From positions 1 through 64,000 of the forward strand of contig CAVPOC010000011.1 in assembly GCA_963706955.1 (NCBI GenBank): a stretch of DNA of 64,000 nucleotides, written 5' to 3'. The notes beneath the pieces are model-generated. The model searched no databases, was not told where the DNA came from, and saw nothing but the letters and a program-made list of their open reading frames with translations. The stretch comes from an uncultured Verrucomicrobiae bacterium (GTDB lineage: Bacteria; Verrucomicrobiota; Verrucomicrobiia; Chthoniobacterales; Terrimicrobiaceae). Below are positions 53,447-62,012 of the stretch, one piece after another. A program made the position numbers and the translations under genes. Numbering within the stretch: the stretch's first letter is position 1; each line of letters starts with the position of its first letter.

Positions 53447-53495
53447 AAATTTGTCTTTCTGTCTGGTTTCACCGTGTGTCTTGAAAGCTTAGTGA

Positions 53496-53898
53496 TTAAT
53501 ACCATCCCGGACCCCACCCTCCCCAGCCGCCCCAACCGTCCCAGGCCATCTGATCTTCCATGTTGATCTCAGCGGTTTCGAGCTTTTCGTCGGCCATTTG
53601 CTTCTGCAAGCGAAGCTGGCGGTATGTCTTGGTACTGCTTTGGCCCACCGACATAGGCTTGGTTGTTGTCGAAGTCCGGGAAGACATAGTAGGTCTTCCC
53701 GCTTCTCTGAACCGAGGTCACTTTGTCCGGCGGAAGCGCCTTGAGTCGCTGTTGCTGCGCCGCAGTTTTAGGAGTGATTACTTTAAAGCCCGCAGCAACA
53801 AGCATGTTTTCTGTGCTCAGCGTGTTGGCGCAGCCCGCGGCCACCGCGAGCAGCGCAATCGCACTGAGCATCTTCAATAAAGTGAGGATCTGCTTCAT
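53496..53898 (-). CDS. Lipoprotein, copy A (+1 frameshift at ~53629); Gly/Trp-rich tail
   Basis: Lipobox AAGC; motifs LVAAGF, YYVFPD and AYVGGP; tail WDGWGGWGGWGPGWY. Confidence 0.75.
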
Positions 53899-54434
53899 GG
53901 TTTTCGGTATGATGGAGTTGGTTTCGCTGGGAGATCGGGAGAAGTTGATCTCGCTTCATCGAGGCGCACGGTGGGTGAGATGAAGGATTCATCCGCAAGC
54001 GCCGCCCGGATGGCGGGCAGGAGGTCCGATGCGAGCCGCGTCTTCACGACATAGCCGAGTCCGCCCGCATCGAGTGCGGCGCGGGCGTAGTCCGCATCTT
54101 CATGGACCGTGAGGAAGACGAGGCGGGCAGGCCGCTCCGAGCGTCGGAGTTGGCGCGCTGCTTCGATGCCGTCAAGCCGCGGCATGGTGATGTCGAGGAC
54201 GATGACATCAGGATGAAGCCGCTCCGCCTCGGCGAGAAGCTCCCGTCCATCGCCCACGGAACCGACCACCAAACATTCGTCCGCCAGCGCGTCGGCGGTC
54301 AGCGCGAGCATCGCCGGATGATCATCCGCCAGCAGCACGCGCGGGCGTTGCACGGAGCCGGTGCCAGGGAGGGAGGTAGGGGCGATCACCGTGTGGCCGT
54401 CATAGCCGACGCTGGAAACCTCCGATACTGTCAA
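53895..54434 (-). CDS. Single-domain response regulator (REC), copy A; start uncertain
   Basis: Motifs VLLADDH, VLDITMP.LDG, FLT and GYVVK. Confidence 0.88.
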   Translation of the reverse strand: MTVSEVSSVGYDGHTVIAPTSLPGTGSVQRPRVLLADDHPAMLALTADALADECLVVGSVGDGRELLAEAERLHPDVIVLDITMPRLDGIEAARQLRRSERPARLVFLTVHEDADYARAALDAGGLGYVVKTRLASDLLPAIRAALADESFISPTVRLDEARSTSPDLPAKPTPSYRKP

Positions 54435-54458
54435 AACTAACAGGTGCCCGGCGCGAGC

Positions 54459-54645
54459 TCAGATGCGCTTTTTCAACAGTCCATGCTCGAGAGCATATGG
54501 CACCAGCTCGGCGCTCGTCTTCACGCCGAGCTGCTCCATGATCGTGTATTTGTGAAAGGCGATCGTGCGCGCGCTTACCTCGAGGAGGTCCGCAACTTCC
54601 TTCATCGCGCGGCCTTCCGCGAGCAGTTGCAGCACTTCGCGCTGT
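54459..54645 (-). pseudogene. LuxR HTH remnant of a NarL-type regulator, copy A
   Basis: Hand translation QREVLQLLAEGRAMKEVADLLEVSARTIAFHKYTIMEQLGVKTSAEL..; no REC domain or start codon. Confidence 0.85.
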
Positions 54646-54739
54646 CCTGCATCGGCGGGTATTCGAGATCGAAGCCGTGCTCGATCGGGTAGGTGGCCGC
54701 AAGCAGCGACAAGCCGCTATGGATTAATTTGCGTTTCAT
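54646..54739 (-). pseudogene. Collapsed arylsulfatase relic
   Basis: MKRKLIHSGLSLLAAT + YPIEHGFD + LEYPPMQ in one frame. Confidence 0.7.
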
Positions 54740-54832
54740 TGTTTAAGGTGTTTCTTTTTTTCGCTATTTGGCTTGGACTCAGGTGATTGCCTGAGTTGCC
54801 AGAAACTATTGAATGCGCGAGCGAAAAACTGG
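54693..54832. repeat. 140-bp repeat, copy 2
   Basis: Aligns with 50853-50992; contains the hairpin ctcagg-tgattg-cctgag. Confidence 0.85.
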
Positions 54833-54893
54833 TTGCGCGGGAGTTTCCGCTTATATGCCGATCTGTTGAACCATATCCAGGTGCATCACTATT

Positions 54894-55287
54894 TTATGGG
54901 ACTCGACCAGAATACGATCCCAGCCCCGACGCTCCGAAGCCCCAGTCCGTCGACGCGTCCAGGTTCATCTCGGCGGCTTCAACCTTTTCTTTCTGCTTCA
55001 AGCGGAGCTGGCGGTAGGTTTCAAACTGATTTGGACCGCCTACGTAGGCTTGGTTATGCGCCGCATCTGGAAAAACGTAGTAGGTCTTTCCATTCTCCTG
55101 AACCATGGTCACCTTGTCGTGTGGAAGGGCCTTGAGTTTCTCGCTGTGCCGCAGTTTTGGGAACGATTACGTGGAAGCCCGCGGCAACCAGCGAGTCTTC
55201 TTTGCTCTGCGGGTTGGCGCAGCCTATTGCCAAGGCGAGCAGCGCGATGGTAGTGAGGATTTTGAATGAAGTGAGGATCTGCTTCAT
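54894..55287 (-). CDS. Lipoprotein, copy B (frameshift at ~55140)
   Basis: Motifs MKQILT, AIGC, LVAAGF, YYVFPD and AYVGGP; paralog of 53496-53898. Confidence 0.75.
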
Positions 55288-55768
55288 GGTTTTCCGTGTA
55301 TTGGTGTTGGGTTTTCTGGGAGATCGGGAAAAGTTGGTCTCGCTTCATCGAGGTGCACGGTGGGCGAGACGAAGCGGCGATCGGCGAGCGCCGCCCGGAT
55401 GGCAGGTAGAAGTCCGAAGCGATCCGCGTCTTCACGACATAGCCGAATCCGCCCGCATCGAGGGCGGCGCGGGCGTAGTCGTGGACCGTGAGGAAGACGA
55501 GGCGGGCAGGCCGCTCCGAGCGTCGGAGTTGGCGTGCTGCTTCGATGCCGTCAAGCCGCGGCATGGTGATATCGAGGACGATGACGTCAGGATGAAGCCG
55601 CTCCGCCTCCGCGAGAAGCTCGCGTCCATCGCCCACTGAACCGACCACCAAATATTCGCCGGCCAGCGCGTCGGCCGTTACGGCGAGCGTCGCCGGATGA
55701 TCATCAGCCAGCAGCACGCGCGGGCGTAGCGTGGAGCCTGCGCCCGGGATGGAGGAAGGCGCGATCAC
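55284..55768 (-). pseudogene. Single-domain REC regulator, copy B (9-nt deletion plus frameshift near 55410)
   Basis: Highly similar to copy A; FLTVHDYAR versus FLTVHEDADYAR. Confidence 0.8.
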
Positions 55769-55836
55769 TGTAGGCCTTTATAGCCTGCGCGGAAAACCTC
55801 CGATACTGTCAAAACTAACAGGTAACACGTGTAAGC

Positions 55837-56200
55837 TCACGTGTACTTTTCCAACATTCCATGCTCGAGAGTCTATGGCACCAGCTCGGCGCTCGTCTTC
55901 ACGCCGAGGTGCTCCATGATCGTGTGTTTGTGAAAGGCCACGGTGCGCGCTCTTACTTAAGGAGGTCCGCGATTTCCTTCATCGCGCGGCCTTCGTGCGA
56001 GGAGTTGCAGCACTTTCGCGCTGGCGGGCGGTAAGCTTCTCCGTGGCAGGCTCGTAGCCCCGTGGAGGGGAAACACCGAGAGGCACGCCCTTCGTGACGA
56101 GCGGGGCGAGGTAGGTCTTGCCCGCGAGCGCCTGCTCGAGGGGGTGAACAGCTCGCCCGATGCGGAGTTCTTCAGCAAATAGTCTGACGCACCCAGGCCG
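55837..56200 (-). pseudogene. NarL-type response regulator remnant, copy B
   Basis: GASDYLLKNSA..GKTYL..LTARQRE..HTH over several frames; in-frame TAG at 55873-55875; REC N-terminal half missing. Confidence 0.8.
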
Positions 56201-56258
56201 ATCGCCATTTTGGGAAGGGCTTTCGTTCGATCGAAGTTTGAGATGGGGACGGTAGATT

Positions 56259-56847
56259 TCATTTCATAAACGCGTGGTAGCCGGTCAGGGCGAACTGAAC
56301 TCCCATGGAAAGGACGATCAATCCCATGAAGCGCGTGAGCGTGTCCCGCAGGAATCCGCCGCCGCCCGGTTTGCCGCCGAACCGCGCGACGAGCACCATC
56401 GCCAGCCAGGTGATCCCGGTAGCCACGGCAATGGCGACCAGCAACGTGACCGGCAATTTCGTCCGGGTGTGGGCCACGGAGAGCGTGATGACTCCGGTAA
56501 TCGTCCCGGGGCTGGCGGCAAAAAGAATCAGCGGCGTGAGCGATTGCATGGACTTTTGCACCCGCGGCGGCCGGTTGCCCGCTGAGCATGGAGAATCCCA
56601 TCCATGCCAGCACTCCGCCACCTGCCACCATGAAGGCGTCCAGTGACACGCCGAAGAGGTGCAGCAACTGCATCCCGAGCAGGGCGGCAAGCGTGAGGAT
56701 GACCAAAACGGCGGCGCCTGCCTTCGCGGCGTCGGTCATCTTCTCGCCCAATGAACGCCCGGCGACTGCCCGCGCAAACATCGCCGCACAGATCGCTGGA
56801 TTGATCAGCGACAGCACTGTGATGATGGCTTGTAGTTGTTCGTGCAT
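56259..56847 (-). CDS. MarC-family membrane protein; frameshift near 56560
   Basis: LINP, FGVSLDAFMVAGG, then PLILFAASPGTI and TRFMGLI. Confidence 0.85.
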
Positions 56848-56897
56848 GGTTGTTTTTCGATCACGCCGGAAAACGGGTGGCGGATTTGGTGACGCTG

Positions 56898-57005
56898 ATA
56901 TCCCCGGCCGCGCGCGTCCCAAGCGGCCAACCGGCGCTCACCGTCCACCCGGAATCCATCTTTTAGGGGTCGTTTGACGAAAGGGGAATAAGTACGGCAA
57001 GAACG
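56898..57005 (+). repeat. ~110-bp direct repeat, copy 1 (contains the IR-like end GGGGTCGTTTGACGAAAGGGGAATAAG from 56966)
   Basis: Near-identical to 58550-58659. Confidence 0.9.
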
Positions 57006-57086
57006 TGAGCAAACTGATGAAACTGTAAGCCAAAAGGCTGATCCACCGCGCCAGATCTCGACTCTACCGCTATCAAGTTAAATCCT

Positions 57087-58550
57087 ATGAAGCATGTTTG
57101 TTCTCGATCGGATGTGCACCCATCTACGATCATCGTCGTCGCTACCGCTACACTGATGGCTGCCTGCCCCCTTCGGGCGGGCACAACGGTCTCTGAGAAT
57201 CGTGTCGAAACGTCTTCGAAATCCTGGCTCGCCGAATGGTGGAATGGAAAATATGCCAGCGGCGATTGGTTCGGCGTTCGCGATACCCTCGAAGACTACG
57301 GCTTGACCCTCGGCGGCAATTGGACGGGCGTCTTTTATGGTGTCGTGGATGGCGGGAAGCCCAATGTCCGCGGCGGCTATTTCGATGAAGAGATCCAGTT
57401 CATAGGTGAACTCAACATTGCCAAGCTGACCGGATGGGAGCCGCTTGAAGGCCTCAAAGGCTTTGGGGAAGTCCGCTGGCGCGATGGCTTGGACCCGAAC
57501 CTCCGCGTGGGCGCTTCAAGCAACTTCCAACCCTCGAATTTGCAGTCCGGAAAACAGTGGCGTTTGGTGACGTTCGGCTTCGAGTATACCACGCCAGAAC
57601 TCTTCGACATAAAGGAATTAATCACCCTTCGCGGCGGGTGGCTTCCTCCGCAAAATGAGTTTATCGACCAGCCGCTCTCAAAGCTCTTCGTCAACAACGC
57701 CTTTGAAAGTTCGAAGGGCATCGGCGCAAACATCCCGTGGTCTTCCAGCTTTACGACCTGGGGAGGCACACTGAAGATCAAACCTCTCGATTGGTATTAC
57801 GCAAAGGCCGGTCTCTTCATGTCTTACCCTCAAGCGACTGACACCGGCAACCACGGACTTGCCTTTCAAGGTTTTGGCCCCGATCCAAGTCAAAACGGCC
57901 TCTTCGCAATTGGTGAAACAGGGTTTACGCCCAAAATTGGCGCTTCCAAGCTGTCCGGAAAATATGCCTTCGGTGGATTCTACTATGAACAACAGAACAC
58001 ATCATTTTTCGGAACACCCTATCCTGGCTTCTATGGCTTCTATTGGCAGGCGGATCAGATGCTGTTTCGTGAACCGTCGCGGGAAGAACCTGCACCTCTG
58101 GCCAATGGTCAATCCGATGGCAAGTCTGTCGCCGATAGAAAGTCGGGCAAGTCTTTGAGCGAGCCGGTTCCCGCGACGAAACCCAAGCTCTCAGATCAAG
58201 GCCTCTATTTGTTCAGTCTGTTTACTTACTCGCCGAAATATAACAACATTCTGCCATTCTATTTTCATACCGGGCTCGTCTATAAGGGCTTGATTCCCAC
58301 GCGGGACAACGACCAGCTCATGGTCGCCTTTGGGTTTGGTCAATATAGTTTATTCAATATTGAAGCCCTGCAGCAAAAAGGAAATGTCAATCAGCCGAAC
58401 TACACAGCCGTGCTTGAAGTTGACTACCGCATCCAAATCAACAAATGGGCGTTCTTGCAGCCCTACTTGCAGTACATCATCCAGCCCAATGGAACCAGCG
58501 CCATTGAGAACGCGACGATTTTGGGCTTCGAAACCGGGCTTATATTCTAA
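57087..58550 (+). CDS. OprB-family carbohydrate-selective porin
   Basis: Motifs GDWFGVRDTLEDYG, YWQADQ, GLIPTRDND, LEVDY..QPYLQYIIQP and a C-terminal F. Confidence 0.88.
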   Translation: MKHVCSRSDVHPSTIIVVATATLMAACPLRAGTTVSENRVETSSKSWLAEWWNGKYASGDWFGVRDTLEDYGLTLGGNWTGVFYGVVDGGKPNVRGGYFDEEIQFIGELNIAKLTGWEPLEGLKGFGEVRWRDGLDPNLRVGASSNFQPSNLQSGKQWRLVTFGFEYTTPELFDIKELITLRGGWLPPQNEFIDQPLSKLFVNNAFESSKGIGANIPWSSSFTTWGGTLKIKPLDWYYAKAGLFMSYPQATDTGNHGLAFQGFGPDPSQNGLFAIGETGFTPKIGASKLSGKYAFGGFYYEQQNTSFFGTPYPGFYGFYWQADQMLFREPSREEPAPLANGQSDGKSVADRKSGKSLSEPVPATKPKLSDQGLYLFSLFTYSPKYNNILPFYFHTGLVYKGLIPTRDNDQLMVAFGFGQYSLFNIEALQQKGNVNQPNYTAVLEVDYRIQINKWAFLQPYLQYIIQPNGTSAIENATILGFETGLIF

Positions 58551-58659
58551 TATCCCCAGCCGCGCGCGTCCCAAGCGGCCGCCCGGCGCTCACCGTCCAC
58601 CTTGGGAATCCATCTTTTAGGGGTCGTTGACGAAAGGGAAATAAAATAGGGCAAGGACG
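58550..58659 (+). repeat. ~110-bp direct repeat, copy 2
   Basis: Starts at the porin stop codon; near-identical to 56898-57005. Confidence 0.9.
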
Positions 58660-58894
58660 CGTTACAGAGTAATATCCAAGCACCGCGTTCTACTGAAGGG
58701 GCAAGGCCGGGAGCATATTTCATGAGAAGCATTCAAGACGATGAAGCAATTGAGGGGGGAAAAATTCAGGAATTCCAAGGATTGGCATAGCAGATGGGTC
58801 TCGGAAAGCCCTTAAAATGGCGTTTAACGCGACTGCATAAGAGGTCGCCGGTGGCTGCTTATCGTCCTTATTTTCCTTTTCGTCAAACGACTCC
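58620..58894. mobile_element. Putative MITE or IS relic bounded by ~27-32-bp imperfect inverted repeats
   Basis: Left end GGGGTCGTTGACGAAAGGGAAATAA; right end (reverse complement) GGAGTCGTTTGACGAAAAGGAAAATAAG; no transposase inside. Confidence 0.5.
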
Positions 58895-58895
58895 G

Positions 58896-59363
58896 TTATA
58901 GCTTGTGGTACCAGACCATTTGCAGCACCAGGAACAGAGCGGCGGTGGAACATCCGAAGGTAAGTAGCCCGTTGATCGCACAGATCGGCCCGAGGCTCCT
59001 CCACGGTTTCGAGAGCACGACATCGCCGTAACCGAGCGCCGTGTGCGAAACAGAGGCGTAATACCAACCGTCGTCAAACGAGGCCAGGTGGCCCGACTTC
59101 CAGAAAAAAGCTGCCCACATCGAGGCCTCCGCGATGTGCGCCACGAAAAGGCCAGAAATGGCTGCAAGGACGACGAGAATACCCGTCGGTCTCCCCCCAA
59201 GGGCAGGCCTTGCCGAGTGCCCGAGCCACGTCAGGAAGTCACCGAGGCTGAAGAGAATTCCGGCATGGAGAGCAGAGATAAACATGGCGAGCAGCAGCGC
59301 CAGCACATACATCTGCAGCAGGACACGCAGGCGGTCGGTAGGAGTGGCTGTTTCTTGCTTCAT
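58896..59363 (-). CDS. Two-TM ion channel (potassium channel family) protein
   Basis: Motifs AHIAEASMWA, YYASVSHTALGYGD and WRSLGP..NG. Confidence 0.85.
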   Translation of the reverse strand: MKQETATPTDRLRVLLQMYVLALLLAMFISALHAGILFSLGDFLTWLGHSARPALGGRPTGILVVLAAISGLFVAHIAEASMWAAFFWKSGHLASFDDGWYYASVSHTALGYGDVVLSKPWRSLGPICAINGLLTFGCSTAALFLVLQMVWYHKL

Positions 59364-59624
59364 AGCGACAGCGTAGCGCGGATGGGGATTTTGTCCCAAG
59401 ACATCGTCGCATCCGGAAAATCCCCGCGACCAAGCGGCGGCAAGGCCAACCCGCGAGTCACCACCGCCCCAATCACCGGCAGCAACACGATCTGGCTAAC
59501 AATCACCGTCCTTGCCCCCGCACCAAGTCTCGAAAAGGTCGCGCTTCCGATGACCTTCCCTCAGTCATCATCAAGAGCAGCATTGCCGCGAGGATGATCA
59601 AGGATCATTTTTATCGAATATGCA

Positions 59625-59922
59625 ATATAGCCGAGCCCGCCCGCATCGAGTGCGGCGCGGGCGTAGTCGGCGTCTTCGTAGACCGTGAGGAAGGAGGCGG
59701 GCAGGCCCCCTGCCAGCGCTGGAGTTGGCGCGCCGCTTCGATGCCGTCAAGCCGCGGCATGGTAATGTCGAGCATGATGACATCCGGATGAAGCCGGTCC
59801 GCCTCAGCCAGGAGTTGGCATCCATCGCCCGCTCTACCGACCACTAAACATTCGCTGGCCAGCGCGTCGGCCGTCAGCGCAAGCATCGCCTGATGATCAT
59901 CGGCCAGCAGGACACGAAGCGC
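59625..59922 (-). pseudogene. REC regulator relic, copy C
   Basis: RVLLADDH..LDITMPRLDGIEAARQL, then a frameshift; DNA similar to copies A and B. Confidence 0.8.
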
Positions 59923-59978
59923 GTAACAGTGTCGTGCACGAAGCCGCCGCCGCCCCTTCCGCCGAGGCGAGCGACGCG

Positions 59979-60040
59979 CCGCAAAGAGGATCAGCGGCGT
60001 CAGCGATGGATTGGCATTGGGCGTGGTGGTCTTTGACGAG
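59979..60040 (-). pseudogene. Short MarC fragment
   Basis: SLTPLILFAA is identical to the segment at ~56515-56545. Confidence 0.55.
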
Positions 60041-60274
60041 TTCACTCCCGGCCGCTCGCGGCAGGGCATACTTTTAGAACTCGCAGCAAGGCTAGGATTG
60101 TCTTTTGCCTTGTCGCGCTCTCCCAAGCCAAAAAGTATCATTGCAAATCCGCGCCTTTTGCCGCGCCTTCATGGCCTAAAGTGGCACATCCAGTGGGTTA
60201 TCGCAGAATCTGTTCCAAAAACGCGTGGGCGGCCGATGGGGGTGTCTATTCTGAATTGATCTGCCCGCGAAGTG

Positions 60275-61644
60275 TCAACACTTAGCCGATGTCTTATGTG
60301 GGTCATGAAGCTTCGGCGGGGCCGCGGTCCCACCGTGTTGCTCGAGGTATTCGCACGCTGCCTCAATATCGCGTGCAAGGATCTCGGTCACGTCCTGGTT
60401 CAGATGCGGGCGCACGACGATGCGCAGGCTGTTGATCTCTTGAGCGTCGGGAGGCATAGAATAAGCCGAAAGGATCCATCCTCGTTCGCGCACCTTGTTA
60501 GAGATGTCGAATTCGTTGTAACGCTTGACAGACTTATCTAACGTGAGCGCGACTACCGGGATCCGCTGAGTCTTATTCATGATCTGGAACTTTCCTGTTT
60601 TGGTCAGCCGATCCCGCAGGTACACGGCGTGATCCAATGCATACCTCATAACCCGCGTGTACCCGTCACGGCCGAGTCGGAGGAACATGTAGTACCTGCA
60701 TCAGCACCGTAGAAGAACCTTTGCTGAAATTTAACGTTGCCGTCGGAGCTTCGCCGCCCAGGTAATTGACGTAGAATACCAGATCCTCGTTAAACACCAT
60801 ACGATCCTTGAACACGACCCAGCCCAGACCGGGCGGCACCAGGCCATATTTGTGGCCCGAGGCGTTGATGGATTGAACACGCGGAAGCCGGAAGTCCCAT
60901 TTGTAGTCGGGGTAGAGAAATGGGTTCACGAAAGCGCCTGAAGCGCCGTCGATATGCATGGGGATGGAGACGCCGGTCTTTTTCTCATAGTCGTCAAGCC
61001 AGTCGTGAATCTCCTGGATTTCATCGTCTTCGCCCGTGAAGGTCTGGCCGGCGATGGCGACCACGCAGATCGTGTTTTCGTCTACATACTTGTCAAGATA
61101 CTCAGCGGTAAGGCGGTAGTTGCCAATCTTGAGGGGCACAATCCGCGGCTCGACATCGAAATAGCGCAAGAACTTTTTCCAGACGATCTGGACGTTGCCG
61201 CCGGTTACCATGTTTGGCCGACTGGCATCTTTTCCCGCCTTATGTCGAGCCTCCCGCCAATTCCATTTGTGGGCCAGGCCGCCCAACATGCAAGCCTCGG
61301 AGGAACCGATGGTCGCAGCTCCGTAGGGTTCTGCGTCCTTCGGGCCATTCCAGAGGTCGTGCAGCCATCGAATGCACTTGAATTCCGTCTCCTGCGTGTG
61401 TGGATACATGTCGGGATCGGCGAAATTCCGATACATGTGACGATCGTAAATATCCTTCGCTTCGGGCTCGCAATAGGTAGTGACGAAGGAAGAAAGGTTT
61501 AACATCGGGTTGGCGTCAGTCCATGTTTCGCTGTTCACGATTGCGTTCGCCGCAGCCGCAGAAAATACCCTCTTTGGGGAACTTCTTCGGGATTTCGATG
61601 TTGAATTGATCGTATGAAGTCTGCTTAGCGGGTTGCTGTCTCAT
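60275..61644 (-). CDS. gadB: Glutamate decarboxylase; +1 frameshifts at ~61563 and ~60695
   Basis: Motifs LNLSSFVTT, TIGSSEA, HIDGASG..WDFRL, SGHKYG (PLP Lys), TLNFS and LRIVVR. Confidence 0.85.
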
Positions 61645-62012
61645 ATCTGCACCTCGGGGGCCTTTGGTTCGTTAAACCGTTCTATAGTGTCCTGTCCGCA
61701 AAATAACATGCCAAGCCGCTGGGTCGGCCCTTTTGAAGCCGCTACCATGCGGTTTAGACTAGCGTCGTTCCACGTCGTCGGAGTGTTACAAGAGCGCCGA
61801 TTAGTCGGGGTAGAAGCCGCAAGTTATTGATCTCAAACCTGACTCAGCGCAAACGACACGACAAAACCCGCGAGCACACAATATGCTGTTATTAACAGCG
61901 CGACGCCGGAGGACAAACCAAGGTGCGATGTGGCTAGACGGAACAGCGACAAATCGAGATGGCGGCCGCCGCGACCGCTCAGCATCTAGGTTTCAGCAGC
62001 AAGGGGGTGGTA

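Noticed and set aside
53499..53548. Short G/W-coding repeats
   Set aside because: This is the low-complexity protein tail of the lipoprotein, not a DNA repeat element.
54400..54445. TTGACA followed by TATGAC (TATAAA in the copy near 55777-55823) as a sigma-70 promoter
   Set aside because: The spacing is 24 bp in both copies rather than 16-18, and conservation is explained by the duplication.
56898..58659. CRISPR array or integron attC interpretation of the repeats
   Set aside because: Only two long copies 1.65 kb apart, with no cas genes, no integrase and no RYYYAAC/GTTRRRY ends.
59420..59545. Hydrophobic minus-strand stretch (SQIVLLPVIGAVVTRGLALPP), possibly a symporter relic
   Set aside because: Too short to assign without a search.
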